From Nitrosococcus oceani ATCC 19707 (GTDB taxonomy: Bacteria; Pseudomonadota; Gammaproteobacteria; Nitrosococcales; Nitrosococcaceae): a stretch of 32,000 nucleotides of DNA. This document shows, piece after piece, positions 22,360 through 31,298 of this stretch; the stretch's first letter is position 1; each line of letters begins with the position of its first letter. Where the stretch lies: positions 1,290,001 through 1,322,000 of the forward strand of contig NC_007484.1 in NCBI RefSeq assembly GCF_000012805.1. Direction: 5' to 3'. Below the pieces are notes generated by a model. That model was not told the DNA's origin. It saw nothing but the letters and a program-made list of their open reading frames with translations, and made no database searches. Both the position numbers and the translations under genes were made by a program.

Positions 22360-25119
22360 CTAAGCCACCAACTCCCGATTCAATTCCCCAATCACCTCAT
22401 CCATCCTATCCCCAAACAACTGATACATCCGTCCCATCCCGCCCTGGGCATCAAAGGGCGCCATCTCCAGATCGTCATGCTCCATGTGGAAAGAGCTGAT
22501 GATGTGATCGCGAATCATCCGCAGCCAGGCCATCTGCGCCTCGTTGAATTTCTCCCCCGCGCCGCTGTGATGTTGCATGATCCAGTGCTGGAAGTTGCGG
22601 CGCACGGTGGCCGCGTAGGTGGAGAGGGTCGGGTCCAGCCCGCAGACCCGGCGAATTAGCGCCACCAGGGCGGTCAACTCGCTGATGGGGTGCTCCCCCT
22701 GATAGTCATCCAGATGCGCATAAGCCTGCCAGACCCGCAGGGGGGCAAGCTTGGGGCGGTCCTGCTTGAGTCGCTCTAGGAGTGCTTTAATCATGGCGTA
22801 GGTCACCTCGGCGCGGCGGGCGGGTGTCTGGAAGTAGAGAGTGAGGGCCTCAATGTCGTCGCGGTGCTCGCTTAGGTACCGCGCAAATTCCTGGGCCAGC
22901 GCCTTGGCGTTCTCGGTGCTATCCCCCGCCCACCCGGCACGGAGCAGGGTATCCAGATTGTCATGGTCGAGGGTTTGCTCCTTATCCCGACGGATACCCT
23001 CGATAAGCGCAATCAAGGGGCCGGTGAAAACCTGGGCTGCTTGGCCTACCAACTGGTCCCGGGCCTTTTCCCGCTCACTGTGGCCCGGCTCGCCAGCGCC
23101 GGAGAACTCCCGGGTTTTCTCCTCAATCCGGTCCGGGTCGATGGCTTGGACGAGGGCGCCGACCATATCGGTTAAAGTCATGCCGCCAGCGGCTTCCCGG
23201 ATGCGGGCCTTGTCCTTGTCGTTGAGCTGTTTATCGAGGCGGGCCAGGCGGCCAGCAAGGGAAGAGACCGTATCCTCGTCCCGCGCGCCCATCATCACGC
23301 CCATGGCCAAATCCTTAAGGGACACCGAGGGCTTGGTGATAAGGGGCTGGCTGGCGGTTTTCAGGGATTGGGTGACGCCGATGGCGTCCACAATGACATA
23401 GTGGGTCTTGGCGGCGGTGGCCGAGGGGGTGACCTTCCTCAGGCTATCGGCGTCCAGGGTACGGGTGCCGCGCCCTTTCATCTGCTCAAAGTAGTTGCGG
23501 CTTTTGACATCTCGCATAAACAGCAGGCATTCCAGGGGCTTTACATCGGTGCCGGTGGCAATCATGTCTACGGTGACGGCAATCCGGGGGTAATAATCGT
23601 TGCGGAACTGGGCCAGGACCGATTTGGGGTCTTCCTTGGCCTGATAGGTCACCTTCTTGCAGAAGGGATTACCCTCGCCAAACTCCTCCCGCACCGTCTG
23701 GATAATGTCATCGGCATGGCTGTCGGTTTTGGCGAAAATAAGGGTCTTGGGCACCTCGTTGCGACCGGGGAAGATCTCAGGCAGCTTTCCCTTAAAGGCG
23801 CGAATCACGGTGCGGATTTGATCCGGGTTGACGATGTCCCGGTCCAGTTGCTTGGCGGAATAAGCCTGCTCTTCGTCCTGGGTTTCCCAGCGCCGCTTGC
23901 GGGTGAGGCGCTCGCGTTTTTCCACCTGCTGATGGGCCTTGAGGGTGCCGCCCTGCCGGGTCCGCTCAGTCTCAATCACATAGACTTCATTGCCCACATT
24001 GACGCCGTCGGCCACGGCCTGCTCGTGGCCGTACTCACTGACCACGTTCTTGCGGAAAAAGCCGTAGGTGCGATTATCCGGGGTGGCGGTCAGGCCAATC
24101 AGGAAGGCATCGAAATACTCGATGACCTGCCGCCACAGGTTGTAGATGGAGCGATGGCACTCATCAATGATGATGAAATCGAAAAACTCCGGCGGGAGTT
24201 TGCCATTGTAGACCACCGGCAGCGATTGCTTGGGTTTTAGCCGGCGCTCGGCGGGGTGGTTCTCCTCGGCGGCTTCATCCAAAGGCTCATCCTTGAGCAG
24301 GGCGTACATACGCTGGATGGTGCTGATGCAGACCTGGCTGTCCTGGGCCACGAAAGACGACTTGAGGCGCTGGACATTGTAGAGCTCGGTGAACTTGCGG
24401 TTATCGTCGTTGGGCAGAAAGGCCATGAATTCTTGCTCGGCCTGCTCCCCCAGATTTTTGGTGTCCACCAGAAATAAAATGCGCTTGGCGTCGGCGTGTT
24501 TGAGCAGCCGGTACCCGGCGGTAATGGCGGTATAGGTCTTGCCGGAGCCGGTGGCCATCTGCACCAGGGCGCGGGGCCGGTCCGCCTTGAAGGAGGCTTC
24601 CAGGTTTTCAATGGCCCCGATCTGGCAATCCCGCAGGCCAACGCGCGCTAGCGGCGGCAGGGCGTGCAACCGGGCGCGGAGGGAGGCAGACTGAGTCAGC
24701 CATTCGGCCAGGCTCTCCGGGCGGTGAAAGTTGAAGACCTCCCGGGAGCGGGGCTTGGGATCGCGGCCATCGGTAAAGCGGGTGATGATGCCCGTGCTTT
24801 CGTAAACAAAGGGCAGCGGCGCTGAGTTGTTGACCCATTTCAGGGTGGCGTTGGCATACCCCGTGGACTGTTCCTCCACGGTGGTGATCCGCTGTCCCCA
24901 GGCCTCGGGCTTGGCCTCAATGACCCCGACCGCCTGCCGGTTCACGAACAACACATAGTCCGCCGGGCCGGCATCGGTCCGATACTCACGCACCGCAAGG
25001 CCCGGACCGGCATTAAAGTCAAGGGCCTGACTATCCTGCACCACCCAGCCGGCTGCCTTGAGCTGAAGGTCAATCCGGTTGCGGGCTACCTGCTCCGGGT
25101 GCTGGTTGGGAGAAGTCAT
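22360..25119 (-). CDS. hsdR: type I restriction endonuclease subunit R (SF2 helicase/nuclease, EcoEI-type C-terminal domain)
   Basis: It has an N-terminal nuclease region (ADYVLFVNRQAVGVIEAK), Walker A MATGSGKT, the DEAH-box IIDECHRS, helicase motif TATP, and the late motif QMKGRGTR. As I recall it, the C-terminal tail resembles the EcoEI R C-terminal domain. Confidence 0.95.
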   Translation of the reverse strand: MTSPNQHPEQVARNRIDLQLKAAGWVVQDSQALDFNAGPGLAVREYRTDAGPADYVLFVNRQAVGVIEAKPEAWGQRITTVEEQSTGYANATLKWVNNSAPLPFVYESTGIITRFTDGRDPKPRSREVFNFHRPESLAEWLTQSASLRARLHALPPLARVGLRDCQIGAIENLEASFKADRPRALVQMATGSGKTYTAITAGYRLLKHADAKRILFLVDTKNLGEQAEQEFMAFLPNDDNRKFTELYNVQRLKSSFVAQDSQVCISTIQRMYALLKDEPLDEAAEENHPAERRLKPKQSLPVVYNGKLPPEFFDFIIIDECHRSIYNLWRQVIEYFDAFLIGLTATPDNRTYGFFRKNVVSEYGHEQAVADGVNVGNEVYVIETERTRQGGTLKAHQQVEKRERLTRKRRWETQDEEQAYSAKQLDRDIVNPDQIRTVIRAFKGKLPEIFPGRNEVPKTLIFAKTDSHADDIIQTVREEFGEGNPFCKKVTYQAKEDPKSVLAQFRNDYYPRIAVTVDMIATGTDVKPLECLLFMRDVKSRNYFEQMKGRGTRTLDADSLRKVTPSATAAKTHYVIVDAIGVTQSLKTASQPLITKPSVSLKDLAMGVMMGARDEDTVSSLAGRLARLDKQLNDKDKARIREAAGGMTLTDMVGALVQAIDPDRIEEKTREFSGAGEPGHSEREKARDQLVGQAAQVFTGPLIALIEGIRRDKEQTLDHDNLDTLLRAGWAGDSTENAKALAQEFARYLSEHRDDIEALTLYFQTPARRAEVTYAMIKALLERLKQDRPKLAPLRVWQAYAHLDDYQGEHPISELTALVALIRRVCGLDPTLSTYAATVRRNFQHWIMQHHSGAGEKFNEAQMAWLRMIRDHIISSFHMEHDDLEMAPFDAQGGMGRMYQLFGDRMDEVIGELNRELVA

Positions 25120-25432
25120 CAGCGGCGTTTATGGGAGTTTTGCTGGCGGCGCGAGAAAGCCTATCCCCAAGCGCCGGGGAGCGTGCTTTGAAAAGCGTGG
25201 TGCTTGCGGCGCCACCAGGCGTTTATCTTTTTGCATCTTAATTCTCGTCATTTTGCGCTTGTCAAAGGGGAGGGGGTGCCAGGTGTTCACTCTCGTCCCC
25301 CATGTTTTCTCCTTGCCAGTGAATATTTGTCGTCCAGAGGAGGTAACTATTTGTTTGTTAAAATTTTACTCAGACAGTAGTATGCTATTTGAAACGTTCT
25401 CGGATGAAAACGGGTTAACTTGATAACGGCTG

Positions 25433-25745
25433 TTGCAAGTCAATCTGAACTTGAATTCACCGCCGGATTATGCCTCAACCAAGGGGGAGTGGAGGCTACC
25501 GGAAACCCTTGCCGCTGGCCAGCGTAACTTAGGGGCTATACAATATGGTTTTGATCGCGATGCGGCTCGCAATCTGATCGAATATGCCTTTATTATCCTC
25601 ACCGAAGACGAAGAACCCCTTTAAGTCCCGTTTACTCTGTGAGTACTGCACCCATGTGTTTGGAGGAATCGTCGAGGGCAAAGCGCCGGGTGTGGCATTG
25701 GGGCTAAAACGGGGCCGAGGCCGCCCGAAGAAAAACACCTTTTAA
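25433..25745 (+). pseudogene. island gene of unknown function, apparently split by one frameshift; C-terminal AT-hook-like KRGRGRPKK
   Basis: Track ORF 25433..25624 ends ..TEDEEPL*. Frame +1 carries an ORF at 25584..25745 (my translation): MPLLSSPKTKNPFKSRLLCEYCTHVFGGIVEGKAPGVALGLKRGRGRPKKNTF*. Removing one T near 25619..25623 fuses them as ..EEPLKSRLLCEYC... No homolog is recognised. Confidence 0.3.
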
Positions 25746-25756
25746 GGAGTTGAAAA

Positions 25757-25923
25757 ATGAACATTCTCCCCGAAACCGGTTATCTGCGACTGTGGCAAAT
25801 CATTAGCGATCCCAAAGCCGATCCGCCCATCCCGCCCTGATTCCCGTCGGTAAATCCACTTGGTGGGCTGGCGTTAAGGAAGGTCGCTTCCCCCAGCCTG
25901 TAAAACCGGGGCCGCTTTTTTGA
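25757..25923 (+). pseudogene. alpA: AlpA-family (phage/island HTH regulator) gene with a 1-nt frameshift and truncated C-terminus
   Basis: The gene starts with the ATG at 25757, preceded by GGAG. It reads MNILPETGYLRLWQIISDPKADPPIPP* and stops at 25838..25840. The next frame reads IPVGKSTWWAGVKEGRFPQPVKPGP. Together these give the AlpA signature LRL.qI.....PPLIPvs.STWW.GVK.GRFP.PVK. The shift lies in a C run. Confidence 0.6.
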
Positions 25924-26054
25924 TGGCCACGGTTAATGTCCGTTGTTCTCCTGGTGACCGCTTGCGCCCGCTTTGTTGGCGATGGCGCGCTCTTTATCTC
26001 CCTCCAAGAGCGGTGGCTTGGTGGAACCCTGCTCTGGAGGGAGCATTGCCGTCG

Positions 26055-29000
26055 TTAAATTTCATACCCCAAAATAGATCTCAGCCAGCGCTCCACCTGC
26101 TCCACGCTGATTCCCTTGCGGCGGGCATAGTCCTTCACCTGGTCCTTTTGAATCTTGCCGGTGCCGAAATAACGGGATTCCGGATGGGGAAAATACCAGC
26201 CGGAAACCGCGGCGGTGGGAACCATGGCGTAGCTTTCGGTCAGGATAATGCCAGCATTCTTGTCGGGTTCTATGAGCTGCCACAGGGTGGCTTTTTCCGT
26301 ATGATCGGGGCACGCTGGATAACCCGGCGCGGGCCGGACTCCCCGGTAATTTTCGCTAATCAGTTCTTCGTTGGTAAGGGCCTCATCCGGGGCATAATGC
26401 CAGAACTCCTTGCGGACCCGTTCATGCATACACTCGGCGAAAGCTTCGGCCAGGCGGTCAGCGATGGCTTTGAGCAGGATGCTATTGTAATCGTCATACT
26501 GCCGGGCAAATTCTTCCAGCCGCTCATCAATGCCCAGGCCCGCGGTAACCGCGAAGGCACCGATATAATCGGCTACTCCTGTTTCCTTGGGAGCCACATA
26601 ATCGGCCAGGCAATAATTGGGTTGACCGCTGCGGCGCACCATTTGCTGGCGAATATGGTGCAAGGTCGTGAGGACTTCCTGGCGGCTTTCATCGGTATAC
26701 AGCTCGATGTCATCTTCATTGACCGTATTGGCGGGGAAAAATCCGATAACAGCCCGCGCCTCCAGCCATTTCTCTTCCAGCACCTGCTTGAGCAGCGCCT
26801 GGGCGTCCTTGAGCAGTTTCCGCGCTTCTTCCCCCACCACTTCATCCTTCAAAATCCTGGGATACTTGCCCGCCAATTCCCAGGCATGGAAGAAAGGCGT
26901 CCAGTCAATGCGGGCGGTCAACTCTTCCAGGGGATAATCCGCAAAGGACTTAAGGCCCAGGAAAGTTGGCCGCGGAGGCACATAAGCCGTCCAGTCGGTT
27001 TTAAGCTTATTGGCCCGGGCTTGGGGCAGGGGCGTATGGCTTCTTTCCGTTTGCTGTTCCGTCCGTCGCCGCCGCATTTGGCCATATTCCTCCGTGATCT
27101 CGGCGGCGTATTCTGCTTTAAGGCTAGGATTAAGCAGGCGCTGGGCTACGCCCACCACCCGGGAGGCGTCCGGGACATAGACCACCGGCTGGCTATATTG
27201 GGGTTCAATTCTGACCGCTGTGTGCATTTTAGAGGTGGTAGCTCCTCCAATCAGCAACGGTAAATCAAAATTCTGCCGCTCCATTTCCTTGGCCACATGC
27301 ACCATTTCATCCAGGGAAGGGGTGATCAACCCGGACAGGCCCACAAAGTCACAGGACTCCTCCTTGGCCGTCTGCAGAATCTTCTCCGCCGGCACCATGA
27401 CACCCAGGTCAATGACCTCGAAGCTGTTACATTGCAATACCACGGCGACAATGTTTTTACCGATATCGTGGACATCCCCCTTGACCGTGGCTAGCACCAC
27501 CTTGCCGTGGCTCTTATAGGACTCCTTTTCATTTTCCATAAAGGGCAACAGGTAGGCGACGGCTTTTTTCATGACCCGGGCCGACTTCACCACCTGGGGT
27601 AAAAACATCTTGCCCGAGCCGAACAAATCCCCCACCACGTTCATGCCGTCCATGAGAGGACCTTCAATTACATCCAGGGGCCGCTTGGCGGCTAAGCGGG
27701 CCTCCTCGGTGTCGGCTTCCACAAAATCAATAATTCCCTTGACAAGGGCATGGGCGAGGCGTTCGTTGACGGGCAACTCCCGCCAGGCAAGATCCTCCTT
27801 GCGCTCGGCGGCTTCTCCGCCCGCGCCCCGGTATTTTTCGGCGATTTCCAGCAGTCTTTCCGTGGCCTCGGGATGGCGGTTGAGAATGACATCTTCCACC
27901 CGTTCCCGCAGATCCTGGTCGATTTCATCATAAACCGCCAATTGCCCGGCATTGACTATGCCCATATCCATGCCCGCCTGAATGGCATGGTAGAGGAACA
28001 CAGCATGAATGGCTTCCCGTACCTTTTCATTGCCCCGGAAGGAGAAGGAGACATTGGACACGCCGCCGGAAACCAAGGCCGGGGGCAAGGTCCGTTTGAT
28101 TTCCCGGGCCGCCTCGATGTAGGTCACCCCATAGTTGTTATGTTCCTCAATGCCCGTGGCCACGGCGAAGATATTGGGATCAAAAATGATATCTTCCGCC
28201 GGGAAACCTATTTTCTCGGTCAGCAGCTGATAGGCCCGGGCGCAAATCCCAACCTTGCGCTCGGTGGTCTCTGCCTGTCCTTGCTCATCAAAAGCCATGA
28301 TGACCGCCGCCGCGCCATAACGACGGACCTGCTTGGCCTGTTGCAGAAAGGGTTCCTCGCCTTCTTTCAAGGAAATGGAGTTGACGATTCCTTTTCCTTG
28401 AATACATTTGAGTCCGGCTTCAATTATTTCCCATTTGGAAGAATCGATCATCACCGGCACCCGGGAGATATCCGGTTCGACCGCAATCAAGTTCAGGAAG
28501 CGGACCATGGCTTTTTGGGAGTCCAGCAAGCCCTCATCCATGTTGATATCAATAATCTGGGCGCCGCTTTCCACCTGTTGCCGCGCTACCTCCAGGGCCG
28601 TTTCATAATCCTCTTCCTTAATGAGACGGCGGAACTTGGCCGAGCCGGTGATATTGGTACGTTCCCCCACATTGACAAACAGGGAGTCAGCGTCGATGTT
28701 GCTTGGCTCAAGGCCCGAAAGCCGGCAGGCTACCGGTCGTTGGGGGATTTTTCTCGGGGGGTGCTTCTCCACCGCTTCCCGGATGGCGCGAATATGCTCG
28801 GGGGTGGTGCCGCAGCAGCCGCCCACAATATTTAAAAAGCCCGCTTGCGCCCATTCGCCGATTTCCTGGGCCATTTCCTCCGGGGTTTCGTCATAACCCC
28901 CGAACTCATTGGGTAAGCCGGCATTGGGATGGGCCGCCACATGGGTATCCGCTAGACCGGCAAGCTCTTCCACATACTGCCGCAACTGCTTGGGACCCAG

Positions 29001-29753
29001 GGCGCAATTCAGGCCAAAAGCCAGGGGTTCGGCGTGGCGCAAGGAATTCCAGAAAGCCTCGGTCGTCTGGCCCGACAGAGTCCGCCCGGAAGCATCGGTA
29101 ATAGTGCCCGAAATCATGACCGGGAAGCGGATCTGATGGTCCTCAAAATATTGCTCAATGGCATAAACGGCGGCCTTGGCATTGAGGGTATCGAAAATCG
29201 TTTCCACCAGCAGGATATCCGTGCCCCCTTGGATGAGTCCCCGGATTGATTCGGTATAGGCAGCTACTAGCTCATCAAAGGAAGTATTGCGAAACCCAGG
29301 ATCATTGACATCGGGGGAAATGGAAGCGGTGCGGTTGGTGGGGCCTAAAACACCGGCCACGAAACGGGGGCGATCCGGCGTCTTCGCCGTCATGTCATCC
29401 GCCATTTCCCGGGCTAGTTGCGCCGCCGTCTGGTTAATTTCCACCGCTAGCTCTTCCATCCGGTAATCCGCCATGGCGATCCGGGTAGCGTTGAAGGTAT
29501 TGGTCTCGATGATATCCGCACCCGCCGCCAAGTAATTACCATGGATTTCCCGGAGAATTTGTGGCTGAGTGAGTGCTAGCAGATCGTTATTTCCCTTGAG
29601 ATCGCAGGACCAGTCGGCAAAACGATCTCCCCGGAATTCTGCTTCGGTCAGACCGTAGCTCTGAATCATGGTGCCAAGCGCCCCATCTAGTATTAGAATG
29701 CGCTTGATCAGTTGCTCCTTAAGGGCAGTAATACGCGGAGATTTTACAGACAT
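26055..29753 (-). CDS. metH: cobalamin-dependent methionine synthase
   Basis: It is 1232 aa. It has the Hcy-binding domain ([22 protein letters not shown]), the pterin-binding domain, the B12-binding [10 protein letters not shown] (DxHxxG) motif, and the AdoMet activation domain (..PGYPACPDH..). Confidence 0.97.
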   Translation of the reverse strand: MSVKSPRITALKEQLIKRILILDGALGTMIQSYGLTEAEFRGDRFADWSCDLKGNNDLLALTQPQILREIHGNYLAAGADIIETNTFNATRIAMADYRMEELAVEINQTAAQLAREMADDMTAKTPDRPRFVAGVLGPTNRTASISPDVNDPGFRNTSFDELVAAYTESIRGLIQGGTDILLVETIFDTLNAKAAVYAIEQYFEDHQIRFPVMISGTITDASGRTLSGQTTEAFWNSLRHAEPLAFGLNCALGPKQLRQYVEELAGLADTHVAAHPNAGLPNEFGGYDETPEEMAQEIGEWAQAGFLNIVGGCCGTTPEHIRAIREAVEKHPPRKIPQRPVACRLSGLEPSNIDADSLFVNVGERTNITGSAKFRRLIKEEDYETALEVARQQVESGAQIIDINMDEGLLDSQKAMVRFLNLIAVEPDISRVPVMIDSSKWEIIEAGLKCIQGKGIVNSISLKEGEEPFLQQAKQVRRYGAAAVIMAFDEQGQAETTERKVGICARAYQLLTEKIGFPAEDIIFDPNIFAVATGIEEHNNYGVTYIEAAREIKRTLPPALVSGGVSNVSFSFRGNEKVREAIHAVFLYHAIQAGMDMGIVNAGQLAVYDEIDQDLRERVEDVILNRHPEATERLLEIAEKYRGAGGEAAERKEDLAWRELPVNERLAHALVKGIIDFVEADTEEARLAAKRPLDVIEGPLMDGMNVVGDLFGSGKMFLPQVVKSARVMKKAVAYLLPFMENEKESYKSHGKVVLATVKGDVHDIGKNIVAVVLQCNSFEVIDLGVMVPAEKILQTAKEESCDFVGLSGLITPSLDEMVHVAKEMERQNFDLPLLIGGATTSKMHTAVRIEPQYSQPVVYVPDASRVVGVAQRLLNPSLKAEYAAEITEEYGQMRRRRTEQQTERSHTPLPQARANKLKTDWTAYVPPRPTFLGLKSFADYPLEELTARIDWTPFFHAWELAGKYPRILKDEVVGEEARKLLKDAQALLKQVLEEKWLEARAVIGFFPANTVNEDDIELYTDESRQEVLTTLHHIRQQMVRRSGQPNYCLADYVAPKETGVADYIGAFAVTAGLGIDERLEEFARQYDDYNSILLKAIADRLAEAFAECMHERVRKEFWHYAPDEALTNEELISENYRGVRPAPGYPACPDHTEKATLWQLIEPDKNAGIILTESYAMVPTAAVSGWYFPHPESRYFGTGKIQKDQVKDYARRKGISVEQVERWLRSILGYEI

Positions 29754-30119
29754 GATAGTAGTGAGAACCTATTCTGGAATCTAAAAAAATTTTAATCGAG
29801 TGTCCCTTTCCTGACTAAATAAATCAACTATGGTTAAGTTGAAATTTAGCTATACTTTGAACGGCCTGTTTCGGAGGAGAAGCGCCGTTGTTCACGCCCC
29901 TTTTCAGCGAGATCCATGGCTGGATAATGTCAGGTTAGCGATAGCCCCCTGTTATAGTCCAAGCGTTATTCGGCTTGTACCCGCGTCCCCTCCGAGACTG
30001 CTTTTGTTGCCTCAGTCAGTGGATACCGCCGTGAGATGTGGTTGTGCCAGGCAGATTGATTATAACAGAGTGTTCCTTTCCCCCAATTCATTGAAAAGTT
30101 TCCGCGCCAGGAGAATTCC

Positions 30120-31298
30120 ATGAACACCATCGCTACGCCCATGCAGTACCTTGACAAAGCCATGAACCAGCTACATGACCTCGGGCTATTATCTGAGGGC
30201 GAGCGCCAGGAGGCGCCTATTATCGCCTTGCTCAACCAGATCTCCGACCTTGATCAAGCACGGGTCACCGCTATCGCGCGCACGCTAAACCAGGCTTCCC
30301 TTTTTAATGAAGTCGTACGGGAGCAGGTGCAGGCCATGGAAATCGGCGAGCGTTACGAGGAAATTACCCATGCTTTTAACAGCATTCGCGACGACGCTAA
30401 ATCCATGGTTGAGCAAGCCGAGGATGGGAAGATCGATACCTTCGAGCGCTTGGGCAACATCTGGATGAAGGTCAGTCGCGGGGACATCGCCACTCGTTTT
30501 GATAAAATCAAGGAGACCTATCTTGAGGTGACCGCCTCCACCCATGATCAGATCCAGCGGGAACAAAAGATTTTACAAGCTTATCAGGATTTCCGGGGAG
30601 CCCTTAAGCAGTCCGAGGTGCTAGCACTTGAGGTGCTGAAGACGGCGGAGGGTAAGCTCGATGCCGCTAAGGCCGACGTCAAAGGGGCAATGAAGATGAT
30701 CGAGACCTACCAGGGAGAGGAAGTGGCTGAACGGGCTAAATTGGAGCTAGCGCGTGACGAGAAGGTGCGCCTGTTGCAAAATGAGGAAAAACGCTATCAA
30801 ATTGCCAAGGATCTGTCGGATAATTTAACGATCAGCTATAACACTTCCGAGGTGGTGATGGCGCGCCTGATACAGACTACCAATGCCAAGGAACGGGTCT
30901 ATGCCCAGGCGGTGAGCTTCTTCAGCACCAATGAAGTAGTCTTGACCGCGCTGACCGCCTCTTTCACCGGCATGTTTGGCCTGCACGAGAGTACCCGGAC
31001 CGTGGAGGCCATGAAGGAGGGGGTGAGCCAGTCCCTTGAGGTTCTTGCCGATATCGGCGGCAAGGTCCAGGAGGCAGCGGTGAAAGCTGGCTACGGACCC
31101 ACGGTGCGTGCGGATGCGGTCAAAAAGCTGGTCGACTCGGTGGTGAACTGGCAGAGCCGCTCCCACGAGATCATCGAGGAAATGCGCCGACAGAGCACCG
31201 CCAATGCAAGAGAGATCCGCAATGCGGTGGAAGAGAGCAAGCGTAAACTTGCCCGTCTGGCGGAAGCGGGCAAGGGCGTGGCGGTCGCCGCGCAATGA
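30120..31298 (+). CDS. coiled-coil protein, probable distant TelA/KlaB (toxic anion resistance) family member
   Basis: It is 392 aa and mostly helical. The segment DLSDNLTISYNTSEVVMARLIQTTNAKE.. followed by an ..IEEMRR.. tail loosely resembles the TelA DL....Q.RLIQ.NN core as I recall it. The assignment is tentative. An AGGAGA RBS lies at 30109. Confidence 0.5.
   Translation: MNTIATPMQYLDKAMNQLHDLGLLSEGERQEAPIIALLNQISDLDQARVTAIARTLNQASLFNEVVREQVQAMEIGERYEEITHAFNSIRDDAKSMVEQAEDGKIDTFERLGNIWMKVSRGDIATRFDKIKETYLEVTASTHDQIQREQKILQAYQDFRGALKQSEVLALEVLKTAEGKLDAAKADVKGAMKMIETYQGEEVAERAKLELARDEKVRLLQNEEKRYQIAKDLSDNLTISYNTSEVVMARLIQTTNAKERVYAQAVSFFSTNEVVLTALTASFTGMFGLHESTRTVEAMKEGVSQSLEVLADIGGKVQEAAVKAGYGPTVRADAVKKLVDSVVNWQSRSHEIIEEMRRQSTANAREIRNAVEESKRKLARLAEAGKGVAVAAQ

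Larger units (their letters stand above)
17578..25923. mobile_element. decayed genomic island integrated at the 3' end of ssrA (integrase remnant, type I R-M + HepT/MntA, AlpA remnant); right boundary not defined
   Basis: It starts immediately after the tmRNA CCA end with a P4-type integrase remnant, as in classic ssrA/tRNA islands. It ends with an AlpA-like remnant. I found no attR repeat of the tmRNA 3' end. Confidence 0.6.

Noticed and set aside
23368-24240. A 290-aa plus-strand ORF, plus the neighbouring plus-strand ORFs 22255..22659, 22841..23401 and 24256..24477.
   Set aside because: All are antisense to hsdR, which has unambiguous helicase and nuclease motifs.
25900-26054. An attR direct repeat of the tmRNA 3' end that would close the ssrA island before metH.
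   Set aside because: Only trivial matches turned up (cctcca, ccacca). Nothing approaches the 3' ~20 nt of ssrA.
25920-28835. Plus-strand ORFs of 447 aa and 361 aa (25920..27263, 27750..28835), plus several smaller ones.
   Set aside because: They are antisense to metH, a 1232-aa gene with all four domains recognisable. They are low-complexity reverse-frame products.
29754-30119. A cobalamin or SAH riboswitch upstream of metH.
   Set aside because: On the metH strand I could not find the B12 box, the GGGAA..GGUG..AA.UCC core, or the paired SAH blocks. Only a 10-nt partial match turned up. It is left as an open check, not a call.
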